DNA from: a virus
Taxonomy: Duplodnaviria > Caudoviricetes
Reading direction: 5' to 3' (one strand)
Length of the DNA stretch: 55,193 bases
IMG/VR virus record: IMGVR_UViG_3300048686_000358
Coordinates: 1-55,193 of that record
The position numbers and the translations under genes were made by a program. Each line of letters begins with the position of its first letter. Position 1 is the first letter of the stretch. The notes under the pieces were generated by a model. That model did not search any database and was not told where the DNA came from. It saw nothing but the letters and a program-made list of their open reading frames with translations. Shown here in pieces: positions 8,601 to 16,830 of the stretch.

Positions 8601-10573
8601 TCAAAACTTTCTTTATCTATATTATCAGGTATTTCCCAGCGTTCCCATTCAGGTAATACATCAACATCGTTATCCATGTACTTTATTTCTGTTGCTCCTG
8701 GTACATGATATTCTACGGTTGGCTTATACTTGTTACTAATATACTTGTTACCCCATCTGTAAATATAGGGAGGATCTTTAGGGTTAGGCTTCCAAGTAAA
8801 ATCAAACTTAGTTTCATCAATAGGTTGAGTAATTATCCAATTAGACATGTCAATATCAAGCGTAGCAATGATATCATTTACAAATTTAATTTTAGTCGCA
8901 CCCTCAACATGATATTCAATAGTTGGCATTATCTCAGCAGGATACTGGTTGTTACCAAATACATAAATATAAGGTTCTTCTGTATCATCGGGATGCCATG
9001 TAAAATCAAAGTCTTTGATTTTATAATTTTCCAATATTGTAAACTTTGAAATATCAGATACTTTTTTTGCTGTCAACAAATCAATGTATTTTATATCGCT
9101 ATTAGCAGTTGCATTATGTGCTATAAACTTAGGTCCTCCAGTTTTTTGCCATTGTGTACCGAACTGATAAATATACGGCTTATCATCAATGTCAGGGTGC
9201 CAGCTAAAATCAAAATCAGTTGTATCAATGTTTTCAGGTATGATCCAGTGAGTTTTATCCGGTAACGCTACCGCAGTTACTGCATCAATATATTTTACTT
9301 CCGTTGCACCTTCTGCAACAAACTTAGGACCGCCTGTCCTACTCCATTGACTGGGAAACTGATAAATGTAGGGAGGTTCTGTTGCATCAGGATGCCAACT
9401 AAAATCAAATTTCTTTTGATCCACATTACGTGGAACTAACCAATTAGTAAATTGATATGGTATAACTGTTGCAACCTGTGTATCAATATATTTTATTTCT
9501 GTTGCACCCGATACAATATATCTAGGACCATTTGTTTTTTGCCATTGAGTAGGGAACTGATAAATGTATGGCGGATCATTGGGATTAGGTTCCCAACTAA
9601 AATCAAAACTTTGTTTTACAACATAGTCAGGTACTTCCCAATTATCCATTACGGGCAATCGTTTTGCCCTCACATCCATATATTTGTACTCAGTAGCACC
9701 TTCTACAACATATTGAACACTAATTCTATCTTCAGGTTTATTCCATTGATTGCCCCATGCATAAATGTATGGTGGACTAGTCGGATCAGGTACCCAACTA
9801 AAATCAAAACTCAAAGGATCAACATTGTCAAGTATTTCAAAATCTTGCGGTCTTGCAGCCAAACTAGGAGTAAAACTGTCTATATATTTGCGTTCGGTTG
9901 CCCCAGGCACATGATACTCAAGTGTTGGCATAATGCTTGCCGGATATTGATTGTTACCGAAAACATATATATAGGGTGGATCAGTTGGATCAGGTCTCCA
10001 ACTATAGTCGAAACCTATAACTTCATGTATATGCTTGAACAACATTGGCATCGGCAACAAATGTGCTATAATATCGTTTACATATTTTTTATCTGTTGCA
10101 CCGGGCACTTTATATAATACAGTAGGCATAATTGTACCAGAGTACCACTCATTGCCAAACACATATATGTAGGGTGGATCACCGGGATCAGGATGCCACT
10201 TGAAATCAAACTTATCTTTTTCAATATATTCTACAATTTCCCAACAACTGTTAACTTCATCTTTCATGGGAATAGGGTCAACATCGGCCCTATAAATCAT
10301 AACTTCACTATCATTTTTAGAGCATAGCCACGTACCGCTATCTTTTTGATACGTGCTAGGCCATACATTGTTATGGTCTTCAGCCCATACATCTTCGTCG
10401 GGCAGGAAATCGAAGTCCCAATCCCAATCAAAATCTCTATAATCGCAATGTTCGTTGATTATCCAAAAGTGCTCAGTAGTTGCGAGGCGGCGAGCCTCTT
10501 GCAAGTTGTCTACTTTTCTTTCTCTTGGATGAACATTGGGTTTTTCACCATAATAAAATACATCTCGTAGCAT
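5654..10573 (-). CDS. 1639-aa repeat protein with degenerate glycosyltransferase-like domains
   Basis: About 13 tandem ~66-68 aa repeats (FDFSWxPDxxxPPYIYxFGxQW...Y.VPGATE.KY). The C-terminal domain (DIVFLSNGE..AEENY..RVDGVNGRVAAYHAAA..NPVNGLEYG..WRTAFRE) is visibly homologous to the 316-aa GT at 26411-27361. Confidence 0.8.
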   Translation of the reverse strand: MLRDVFYYGEKPNVHPRERKVDNLQEARRLATTEHFWIINEHCDYRDFDWDWDFDFLPDEDVWAEDHNNVWPSTYQKDSGTWLCSKNDSEVMIYRADVDPIPMKDEVNSCWEIVEYIEKDKFDFKWHPDPGDPPYIYVFGNEWYSGTIMPTVLYKVPGATDKKYVNDIIAHLLPMPMLFKHIHEVIGFDYSWRPDPTDPPYIYVFGNNQYPASIMPTLEYHVPGATERKYIDSFTPSLAARPQDFEILDNVDPLSFDFSWVPDPTSPPYIYAWGNQWNKPEDRISVQYVVEGATEYKYMDVRAKRLPVMDNWEVPDYVVKQSFDFSWEPNPNDPPYIYQFPTQWQKTNGPRYIVSGATEIKYIDTQVATVIPYQFTNWLVPRNVDQKKFDFSWHPDATEPPYIYQFPSQWSRTGGPKFVAEGATEVKYIDAVTAVALPDKTHWIIPENIDTTDFDFSWHPDIDDKPYIYQFGTQWQKTGGPKFIAHNATANSDIKYIDLLTAKKVSDISKFTILENYKIKDFDFTWHPDDTEEPYIYVFGNNQYPAEIMPTIEYHVEGATKIKFVNDIIATLDIDMSNWIITQPIDETKFDFTWKPNPKDPPYIYRWGNKYISNKYKPTVEYHVPGATEIKYMDNDVDVLPEWERWEIPDNIDKESFDFSWRPDPLEPDLIWQFGTQWQRDGGPRYVAPGATEIKYVDRNISHAIKLPNKTNYKVLIDIVDFDYSWHPNETSEPYIYVFGNQWNPAELEATIEYHVPGATQKSYVGEIIATVAPYTEGWETIEEISDFDYSWRPDPTDPDYTYVFGNTQYPGTIMPTVKLHRGNPTQEKFIDQVVATLASKPELFNNTKLIKDFDYTWRPNPKDPPFIYQFGTQWAKTHGPTYTVEGAIDSKFVSDPVATILPDMTHWVIPDGVDVTKFDFSWHPDDTSPPYIYQFGTLLDEKDGPRYMTPGNDGTIVHLERKEIILEELEFPKYYISTTLEDLIRKHEGEIFWALNPEIDYSGFDFKWIPDKKNVYHINAFGSRDNINTQTYFVNGKMWQKGYRDINYIEDKLVELKTKIDIFYVDRGNIESQVRFENLRGKFGNITKTRYLNSWVDTINRCINKSTTNLCWILNSELDYSNFEFDYYPSPWQMRMVHVFGTQWSHWGTTYMVNKTSFPEDTKYVKVIEHLGNLNFVKRKTAVATSCLYDVILVDHGNVEIDSVALALRNKIQNKSITVIEYNHSYLRTFREVLKRLEQKKEHYIWVCSSVCDYTDFDFSYICDPFAKDQLHVFPSDKQKFGDTFLVDVNKLRELIDDMLLMEDYEKINYNQHQRVKRLPAPVIEVDTDTHTEKLKTEFNFPYAIFQTEKHDVVDTEPISLWTPETKNIVITSTGGTRIIVPKEAQDFVEEELYDYPYISRSTKLAQSKPLDIVFLSNGETGAEENYEHLLKVTKGLRNRVVRVDGVNGRVAAYHAAAEASETPWMFTVFAKLKVNEKFDWAWQPDRLQIPKHYIFHATNPVNGLEYGHQAMIAYNKKITLNNIGHGLDFTLDDAHEVVELNSGVAAYNTDEWTTWRTAFREALKLRADISDKSIERLDIWLTVGNGMYGEYSTRGAYDAVQYYEEVNGDMEKLRLSYDWAWLREYFKNKYDPNNFNS
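7700..10240 (-). repeat. Protein-level tandem repeat array (~200-bp unit, ~13 copies) within the 1639-aa gene
   Basis: Recurrent FD(F/Y)(S/T/K)W(H/R/K/E/V)P(D/N) and PYIY motifs. At DNA level ccaactaaaatcaaa / ccaactataatcaaa recur (e.g. near 7805, 8200, 8395, 9395, 9593, 9794). Boundaries are approximate. Confidence 0.85.
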
Positions 10574-10584
10574 GTATCTACTTA

Positions 10585-11208
10585 TTAATCCAAGGCAATA
10601 TTAAAATTTTTTGTTTGAGGTATGTTGTTTTTGATTTGAGTAACATACAGGTCAAATAAAAAATCAGCCAATTGAACATTAGATTCCGGTAAAAAATGAT
10701 TGTAAGACTGTTCGGTGTTTATATCTTTATTCATTAACGATTTTAAATCAACAACATTTTTATACCCATTACAAATATTGAAACCTAATTTTAATGATTC
10801 TTTGAAGCAAAATAAATGTATTACCTTTCTATTGGCTAGCATATCATTTAATTCATGAAAATATTTTGTCATAGCCCATTTATGAAAATCCTCATCATAT
10901 ATATGTTTATAATAAACCTCGTTCGCATGAAATTCATCAGGGATATCTTCGGGGAAACATGAAGTAATTTTTGTACTTAAAATTCTTAATGGTTCTGTGT
11001 GACAAAAGATAAAAAGTTCTGTACGATTAAAGTCAATGCTTTTCTTATACTCATATAAATTTTGTCTTGCGTACCACCATGATTTAGCAGGATATCCCTG
11101 ACCAGTAAGAGTCAAATTTAATTTATTGGCAAGTATTAAGGGCCAGTGATATGCAGGATTTTCACGCCAAAAACAAAAACTGTCTCCAGTTATGTAAATA
11201 TTAGACAT
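10585..11208 (-). CDS. SGNH/GDSL-like hydrolase or acyltransferase
   Basis: 207 aa. N-terminal IYITGDSF, WPLILA, and C-terminal His (YNHF). Confidence 0.65.
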   Translation of the reverse strand: MSNIYITGDSFCFWRENPAYHWPLILANKLNLTLTGQGYPAKSWWYARQNLYEYKKSIDFNRTELFIFCHTEPLRILSTKITSCFPEDIPDEFHANEVYYKHIYDEDFHKWAMTKYFHELNDMLANRKVIHLFCFKESLKLGFNICNGYKNVVDLKSLMNKDINTEQSYNHFLPESNVQLADFLFDLYVTQIKNNIPQTKNFNIALD

Positions 11209-12692
11209 TAACTCAATACTTTGACGTTATAAAGTTTTTCAAAACGATCTGCATCGAACCTATCATTAACCATAGGTTCACCGCGTATGTTTAATGACGT
11301 ATTTAATAGCATCGGGCATTCTGTCAACACATACCATTTTTCTAAAAGTTCTCTTATTCCACTTCCATCTTTCGGTACAGTTTGAACACGGCTAGTGCCG
11401 TCATGATGAACAATAGCAGGAAACAAATTAGGTTTATTACATTTTGCAATCACTTGCATATATCTACTATTATTCCAACCTTTTGGCATGTCAAAATATT
11501 TGTGTACATGTTCTTCTAATATGATAGGAGCAAAAGGTCTAAACTTCTGTCTGCGTTTAATTTCATTTACTTTATCCTTTATTTCGTTGCCTCTAGGATC
11601 AGCCAATAAACTACGGTTGCCTAACGCTCTGGGACCAAACTCAGCACGACCACTTGCTACACCTACTATTTTTTCAGTTTGTAATACATCAAGTATACGA
11701 TTTACTGGATAAGGACCATCTATATTGTGTCCAAGAAACGCATCTTTCCATTGAAGTTTTTTACCATACCCCAATGCTGCTGCACCTAAACTACTACCAC
11801 AGTCGCCGGGGTTAGGCATAATCCATATATGTTGAAAATAATCACCTAACATTCTATTAGCAAGACAATTAAGTGCGACTCCGCCACCATAGACAATGTT
11901 GCTACTATTTCCTAACATTCTTGCTTTGGCAAATATTTCTTTAAGTAAATCTTCTAGTACAACTTGTGCCGAACTTGCAATGTCCATTGGATCGGCATTT
12001 GGTAAAAAATCATCGCCAACACCAATATGTAAATTTTGCTTAAAAGTTAAATGACGTTGGTCTTCTATCAATAGATTATGCATCTCATCAGAGTGAATGG
12101 GTTTACCATATGCTGCCATGCCCATTAAAATATATTCTTCATCCATTGGATGCAATCCTACTTTATGTGTCATTGCACTATAAAATAATCCCAAACTATT
12201 TGGATATTGTTTACTATATATTTTTTTATATTGTGCTATACCATGATGGTCATATCCAGCATTCCATATAGTGACTGTATCAAATTCTCCTATAGCATCA
12301 ATAATTACAACTGTTGCTTGACGAAAGGGACTTGTTTGAAAACTTGCGGCGGCGTGGCTTAGATGATGACTATGCTTATAAACTTTTTTCTCTCTAAGCA
12401 TTCCATGAATATCATGCTCTAACAAATGCCCATCAAATAGATTTCTAAATCTAGGTTTCTCACCTGATCGTATTTGCCTCAATACTTTTAATAGTGGACG
12501 CTCATAATAATGTAATTCATAATCACCAATAATATGTTTGAGTGCATCATTAACAATGCCATGACACAAATTCTTATCATGCTTATGCTTGCTGTATCTT
12601 TCACTATGACTGGCAAATAATATTTCACCTGTGTTAGACACAACACTAACACCGGCATCGTGAAACCCATTACTTAATCCAATATAATTCAT
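11208..12692 (-). CDS. Carbamoyltransferase (NodU/CmcH/TobZ family)
   Basis: 494 aa. GFHDAG, SERYSKHKHD, HHLSHAA, IDAIGE, MGMAAYG, GGVALNCLAN, PGDCGSSLGAA, EFGPRALGNRSLLADPR, RQKFRPFAP, DGTSRVQTV, LLNTSLN. Confidence 0.95.
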   Translation of the reverse strand: MNYIGLSNGFHDAGVSVVSNTGEILFASHSERYSKHKHDKNLCHGIVNDALKHIIGDYELHYYERPLLKVLRQIRSGEKPRFRNLFDGHLLEHDIHGMLREKKVYKHSHHLSHAAASFQTSPFRQATVVIIDAIGEFDTVTIWNAGYDHHGIAQYKKIYSKQYPNSLGLFYSAMTHKVGLHPMDEEYILMGMAAYGKPIHSDEMHNLLIEDQRHLTFKQNLHIGVGDDFLPNADPMDIASSAQVVLEDLLKEIFAKARMLGNSSNIVYGGGVALNCLANRMLGDYFQHIWIMPNPGDCGSSLGAAALGYGKKLQWKDAFLGHNIDGPYPVNRILDVLQTEKIVGVASGRAEFGPRALGNRSLLADPRGNEIKDKVNEIKRRQKFRPFAPIILEEHVHKYFDMPKGWNNSRYMQVIAKCNKPNLFPAIVHHDGTSRVQTVPKDGSGIRELLEKWYVLTECPMLLNTSLNIRGEPMVNDRFDADRFEKLYNVKVLS

Positions 12693-13525
12693 TTTATATA
12701 CTCACAAATTTTGTTAGAAAACATTATATGATGTTCTGGTCCAGGATGCATCCTATCTCTTGCCAAATCTCTTTCTGCTTGTTCGCCACTTTCACTAGCC
12801 CAATTAGGCAAAATTGTTCCATTTAAGTTCATGTTTTGCAGAAATTCATATGTTACTGCGTCCCAAGATGAATAGTAAGTTTGTATATTTCGTGTTTTGG
12901 CTATATAATCCGCAATATATATTGAATTTCTGCATTGTTTTAATAATTCATCTTCGGGCAAAACTCTAAAAATACCTTCATCATTTATATCATAAAACTG
13001 GCACATACTTGAATTATGTGTAGCAATTATAGAAATGTAATTTACCTCATCAACAGTTGGATGTTGTTTAGCAATTTGCAACCTGTTATGACTGGGTAAT
13101 AAAAATATTGCTTTATTGATTTTTATATGGTTTGATACTATCAAAAATAAATCACTAGCAGTTAATATACTTGAACCGGGCAAACCAAAATTTATACATG
13201 ATGTTTTTAACTTATCTGCTAATAGACTATGCCATAGTAATTCTTTAGGGAGACCTATACCAAAAGTAAAACTACAACCAAACACTGCTATGTCTACTTC
13301 TTTTGGTAGTTCTGTAAATCTGAATCCTGTATCGTGTATTTCATATTGAAAATGTTTATCGTGCCATTGGTCTGCATATTTTATTTCGTTAGTTGTAAAA
13401 TAATCAATGTATGTTATTTCATTTCTAGGTAAATTTGACAAATTGGCGCTGGCAGTCGTATACCTACGAACATCGTCTATACTCTTAGAATCTAATAAAT
13501 TAAATTGTGCAAATTCTTTGTTCAT
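12689..13525 (-). CDS. SGNH/GDSL-like hydrolase or acyltransferase
   Basis: 278 aa. AVFGCSFTFGIG, NFGLPGSS and C-terminal DxxH (RDRMHPG). Confidence 0.75.
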   Translation of the reverse strand: MNKEFAQFNLLDSKSIDDVRRYTTASANLSNLPRNEITYIDYFTTNEIKYADQWHDKHFQYEIHDTGFRFTELPKEVDIAVFGCSFTFGIGLPKELLWHSLLADKLKTSCINFGLPGSSILTASDLFLIVSNHIKINKAIFLLPSHNRLQIAKQHPTVDEVNYISIIATHNSSMCQFYDINDEGIFRVLPEDELLKQCRNSIYIADYIAKTRNIQTYYSSWDAVTYEFLQNMNLNGTILPNWASESGEQAERDLARDRMHPGPEHHIMFSNKICEYIK

Positions 13526-13626
13526 TTATAAATGAATGGATCACGCTTTTTAATTTCTTTCAATCGTTTGCGGTATCTGATTTCAGATTTAATTTTATAG
13601 ATTATTTTTTTAATCCAGGTTAACAT
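13522..13626 (-). CDS. Small basic peptide (34 aa) ending RDPFIYK
   Basis: Hand translation MLTWIKKIIYKIKSEIRYRKRLKEIKKRDPFIYK*. RBS GGAG upstream; its stop overlaps the next start (ATGA at 13525-13522). Confidence 0.8.
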   Translation of the reverse strand: MLTWIKKIIYKIKSEIRYRKRLKEIKKRDPFIYK

Positions 13627-13638
13627 ATTGCTTCTCCG

Positions 13639-14379
13639 TTATTCACTTAATACTTTTTTAATTCTAGGTCCTGCTAAGGTCACATAATATAATTTATGAC
13701 CTTTCTCATTTACATGAGCGTCAGGGCTATGACAACTGACATTAAACTCCCTTTTTCTTGTTTGAGAAAAATCATAACCATGTATATGATTCATTCTACA
13801 CTCTCTAATACTTGTAAATCTATCGATAATATCAAATGGTAAAGTTGGTGGCGGACACCATAAAAATTTTATACCATTAGTTACTGTATACGAGTGCGCT
13901 CCATAAATTGCAGACATGGATTGATGTAGACCGATTGCACCGTTATATAGATATTTTATATAAGCATTTTTTGCTTCTGTGTATTCACTAAATTCTACCC
14001 CGGGTGCATTTGTATGATTTATTGGCCAAGGATCGGGTCTTTCAGGGTCACCCATTGATGCGGCTTCAATCCTATCTACAAAAGATGATGAGTATACAAC
14101 TAAATCAATTTCTTTTTTAAAATTATAAAAATAATCTACAAGTTGTCCAAACATGTGTTGATTTGAATTGCCGGGTCTTGCAATGTTAACAACTTCATAA
14201 TCAGTTAATTCATTTTGTAATAATGATGCCCAACAATGTTTGCTGGGAGGATCTCTGGGAAATTCAAAGAACCAACCAACCATTTCTTTCTTTTCTTTAT
14301 CCCAATGATAAATTCTATCTTCACATCCGTGACCATATGTAAAACTATCCCCTAAAACTAAAATTTTTCTTTTTTTCAT
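13639..14379 (-). CDS. SGNH/GDSL-like hydrolase or acyltransferase
   Basis: 246 aa. ILVLGDSFTYGHG, VVNIARPGNSN and C-terminal PDAHVNEKGH. Confidence 0.78.
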   Translation of the reverse strand: MKKRKILVLGDSFTYGHGCEDRIYHWDKEKKEMVGWFFEFPRDPPSKHCWASLLQNELTDYEVVNIARPGNSNQHMFGQLVDYFYNFKKEIDLVVYSSSFVDRIEAASMGDPERPDPWPINHTNAPGVEFSEYTEAKNAYIKYLYNGAIGLHQSMSAIYGAHSYTVTNGIKFLWCPPPTLPFDIIDRFTSIRECRMNHIHGYDFSQTRKREFNVSCHSPDAHVNEKGHKLYYVTLAGPRIKKVLSE

Positions 14380-14392
14380 AACTCACAATATA

Positions 14393-15577
14393 TTATGTTT
14401 TAATAGGAATTATCTTCCCGCTTCGTGTATATAACTTATCGATAGCAGAAATTTCTCCACAAGTTTCAACACAATAAAGTAACTTACCATTTTCTACAGT
14501 ATCTGCTTTCCATCCATCTAAGAAAAACTTACCAAAATATGGACCGGTCAATATGTCTATCATACTATTTTGACGCAAATCAAATTTATCTAATCCAACT
14601 CCCTGCATTTTTTGATTAAATTGCCAACGAGAATAAGAAGTAGTAAACTGTCCAAATATTCCACCTAAGAAACAGCAAGGCAGTAAATGTCCTGTTGCTG
14701 AAACATATATTTCTTGATATCCTCTTTCTATTGACTTGCAATTTATATCAGACCTTTTTGCTAAGTCTTTGCTGAAATCAGTTAGTGTGGGTATTGACGA
14801 ATGCCTATATGTAAAATCAACCTTATGACCTACGTCAGGATTAACTTTTGGTCCTTCGTGATTTGCTGGCCATATTGAATATTCAAAATTACCTTCTTTG
14901 TCATAAACACTTAAGCCTTTCATTACACCGTCGTATTCCCCGAATCCCATTGGATTCTTAACTAAGAAAACAAACCCTAACTCATCTGCTAATTTTCTAG
15001 CCTCTTCAACTTGGTGTTGGTTATGTTCAAAAATTAACCATTCCCATATGCCCCTGCCATGTCCGCCGTTTTCACTGTATGCTTTCATGTTAGCATATAA
15101 TTTTTCCCACTTAACACCTCTACGATAGATGTGATTTGTATCTTCTAATCCATCTACACTAAACACCACACCACTCATGCTAAAGACATGTCTATCTTTA
15201 GGCTCGGGCATGGATGCAAAAAATTTACCTAGTTCAGCCCAATGACGAGGGCTACGCATTCCACCATTCGTTCTTACTTGAAACGCATAGTGTTTTTGTT
15301 TTGTACTTTGTTTAAAATATTCTAGTATAGGGAGTAAATCTCTAGCAGTTCCGGCATCACCTAAGTTTCCGCAAAAATTAATACCTATAACATTCTTTAG
15401 TATTTCTTCGGGAAACATTGCCTTAATATCATCTAAGTATAGTTCAGTCAATTCTAATTCAGGTGCAACAGGGCCACCCGCTAAATTTCTACTACATGCA
15501 GGACAACTAGCATTACACCTCGAACTTAATTCAATATGCAATCTTCCTATTTGTGGTATATCATACATTTTGTCCAT
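14393..15577 (-). CDS. Radical SAM enzyme with C-terminal twitch/SPASM-like domain
   Basis: 394 aa. N-terminal CNASCPAC (CX3CX2C), FCGNLGD, TNGG, FSVDG. C-terminal CKS..IYVSATGHLLPCC..CVETC. Confidence 0.92.
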   Translation of the reverse strand: MDKMYDIPQIGRLHIELSSRCNASCPACSRNLAGGPVAPELELTELYLDDIKAMFPEEILKNVIGINFCGNLGDAGTARDLLPILEYFKQSTKQKHYAFQVRTNGGMRSPRHWAELGKFFASMPEPKDRHVFSMSGVVFSVDGLEDTNHIYRRGVKWEKLYANMKAYSENGGHGRGIWEWLIFEHNQHQVEEARKLADELGFVFLVKNPMGFGEYDGVMKGLSVYDKEGNFEYSIWPANHEGPKVNPDVGHKVDFTYRHSSIPTLTDFSKDLAKRSDINCKSIERGYQEIYVSATGHLLPCCFLGGIFGQFTTSYSRWQFNQKMQGVGLDKFDLRQNSMIDILTGPYFGKFFLDGWKADTVENGKLLYCVETCGEISAIDKLYTRSGKIIPIKT

Positions 15578-16830
15578 TATCGTAATCCTATATATTTTGC
15601 TAAGTTGTCTGGTTTGTTTCTGCGTGTCGTGTACTGTTCAAAAAATACATCGCTGTCATTTCTTAATTGTAATTGATTATCTTTAACAAAACCTTCATCT
15701 AAAAACTTAATTAATCTATTGCAATGTTCATGCTCTACAGGTAATAAATCATCATTTATTAATGCAAAGAACTTGGTATACTTATTAATATAAAAATCAC
15801 GCTCACTTCTAGTCAAGCAAGCAAAACCTTGAAAATCTGGCTTATCAACCATATTGATAGAGATATATGGCTTAACTTTAGTGCGCTTACGAATATTGAT
15901 AATATCATGGTACATTTGATCTAATGATTGTAATGCGATTGCACTTACTGTAGTACTGATACTAAACTCTTTTACTGTACTGTTACCTAATCGTTCTATA
16001 TTGTCTAACCATTCATTATAGACCATACCCTCACGAATAAATTCGGCAGTCTCGCCCGCGCTTTCATTGCTAATATTCATGCGTAGATTAGTTAATCCCC
16101 TAATCTTATCAAAAAATCTATCCATGACTGTGGGTTTTTGACAGAGGTTGCTATGTATAACACACTCAATATTTGGGTTCATCTCTGTCATCATTTCAAA
16201 CACACGAAACACTTCCTCATGCATTAATGGTTCGCCACCTGATACACGGATAGATTCTAAACTATCAGCAATACTAGTAAACCACTCCCAGAATAAATTC
16301 ATATCAGGAGGGTCAATCATTTCATTGATCTCATCCATATCTTTCTGATAGTGTCTGCGGTCATCAGTGATGATACCTTTATACACGCCGTTGACTCTGA
16401 TATCATTCATCCAACTTGTGCTGAATTGTGGGCTGCAATAACTACATGCTAGGTTACATGTATTCTGAAATGCTAACTCTAATGCTTTAGGTTTGAATAC
16501 ATAATTTGGATTCTTATAATCTTCGGCACTTAAATGGTCTTTAAAACTTAAACTCTTGCGTGTTCTATCACTACGCAAGCCTAAGTTTTCATAACGCCAG
16601 CAACTATCACATGCAGGTGGCTGTTCACCTGCTAGCATTCGTTTTTGTTGTTCACGCTTTTCTGCAGGGTTATAAAAGGTGTCTACTGTATTGCCTACTT
16701 GAATGAAGGGCGTATAATGGCAACTGGCAATCTTACCTGAGTAAACCCAGATACTTGCCTCATGAAACTTTGCAAGACAAAAAGTTTTACTTGTCTCATC
16801 ACGAATTTTAAATAGTTTCTTTTCATCCAT
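15577..16830 (-). CDS. Radical SAM enzyme with N-terminal twitch-like domain (CxAK subtype)
   Basis: 417 aa. FCLAKF..SCHY..CDSCW, then CNLACSYC and SGGEP. Confidence 0.92.
   Translation of the reverse strand: MDEKKLFKIRDETSKTFCLAKFHEASIWVYSGKIASCHYTPFIQVGNTVDTFYNPAEKREQQKRMLAGEQPPACDSCWRYENLGLRSDRTRKSLSFKDHLSAEDYKNPNYVFKPKALELAFQNTCNLACSYCSPQFSTSWMNDIRVNGVYKGIITDDRRHYQKDMDEINEMIDPPDMNLFWEWFTSIADSLESIRVSGGEPLMHEEVFRVFEMMTEMNPNIECVIHSNLCQKPTVMDRFFDKIRGLTNLRMNISNESAGETAEFIREGMVYNEWLDNIERLGNSTVKEFSISTTVSAIALQSLDQMYHDIINIRKRTKVKPYISINMVDKPDFQGFACLTRSERDFYINKYTKFFALINDDLLPVEHEHCNRLIKFLDEGFVKDNQLQLRNDSDVFFEQYTTRRNKPDNLAKYIGLR

Noticed and set aside
7700-10240. CRISPR array or diversity-generating retroelement repeats
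   Set aside because: The repeats are in-frame, ~200 bp, diverged and conserved mainly at protein level. There are no identical 25-45 bp repeats with unique spacers, and no cas or reverse transcriptase gene in the window.
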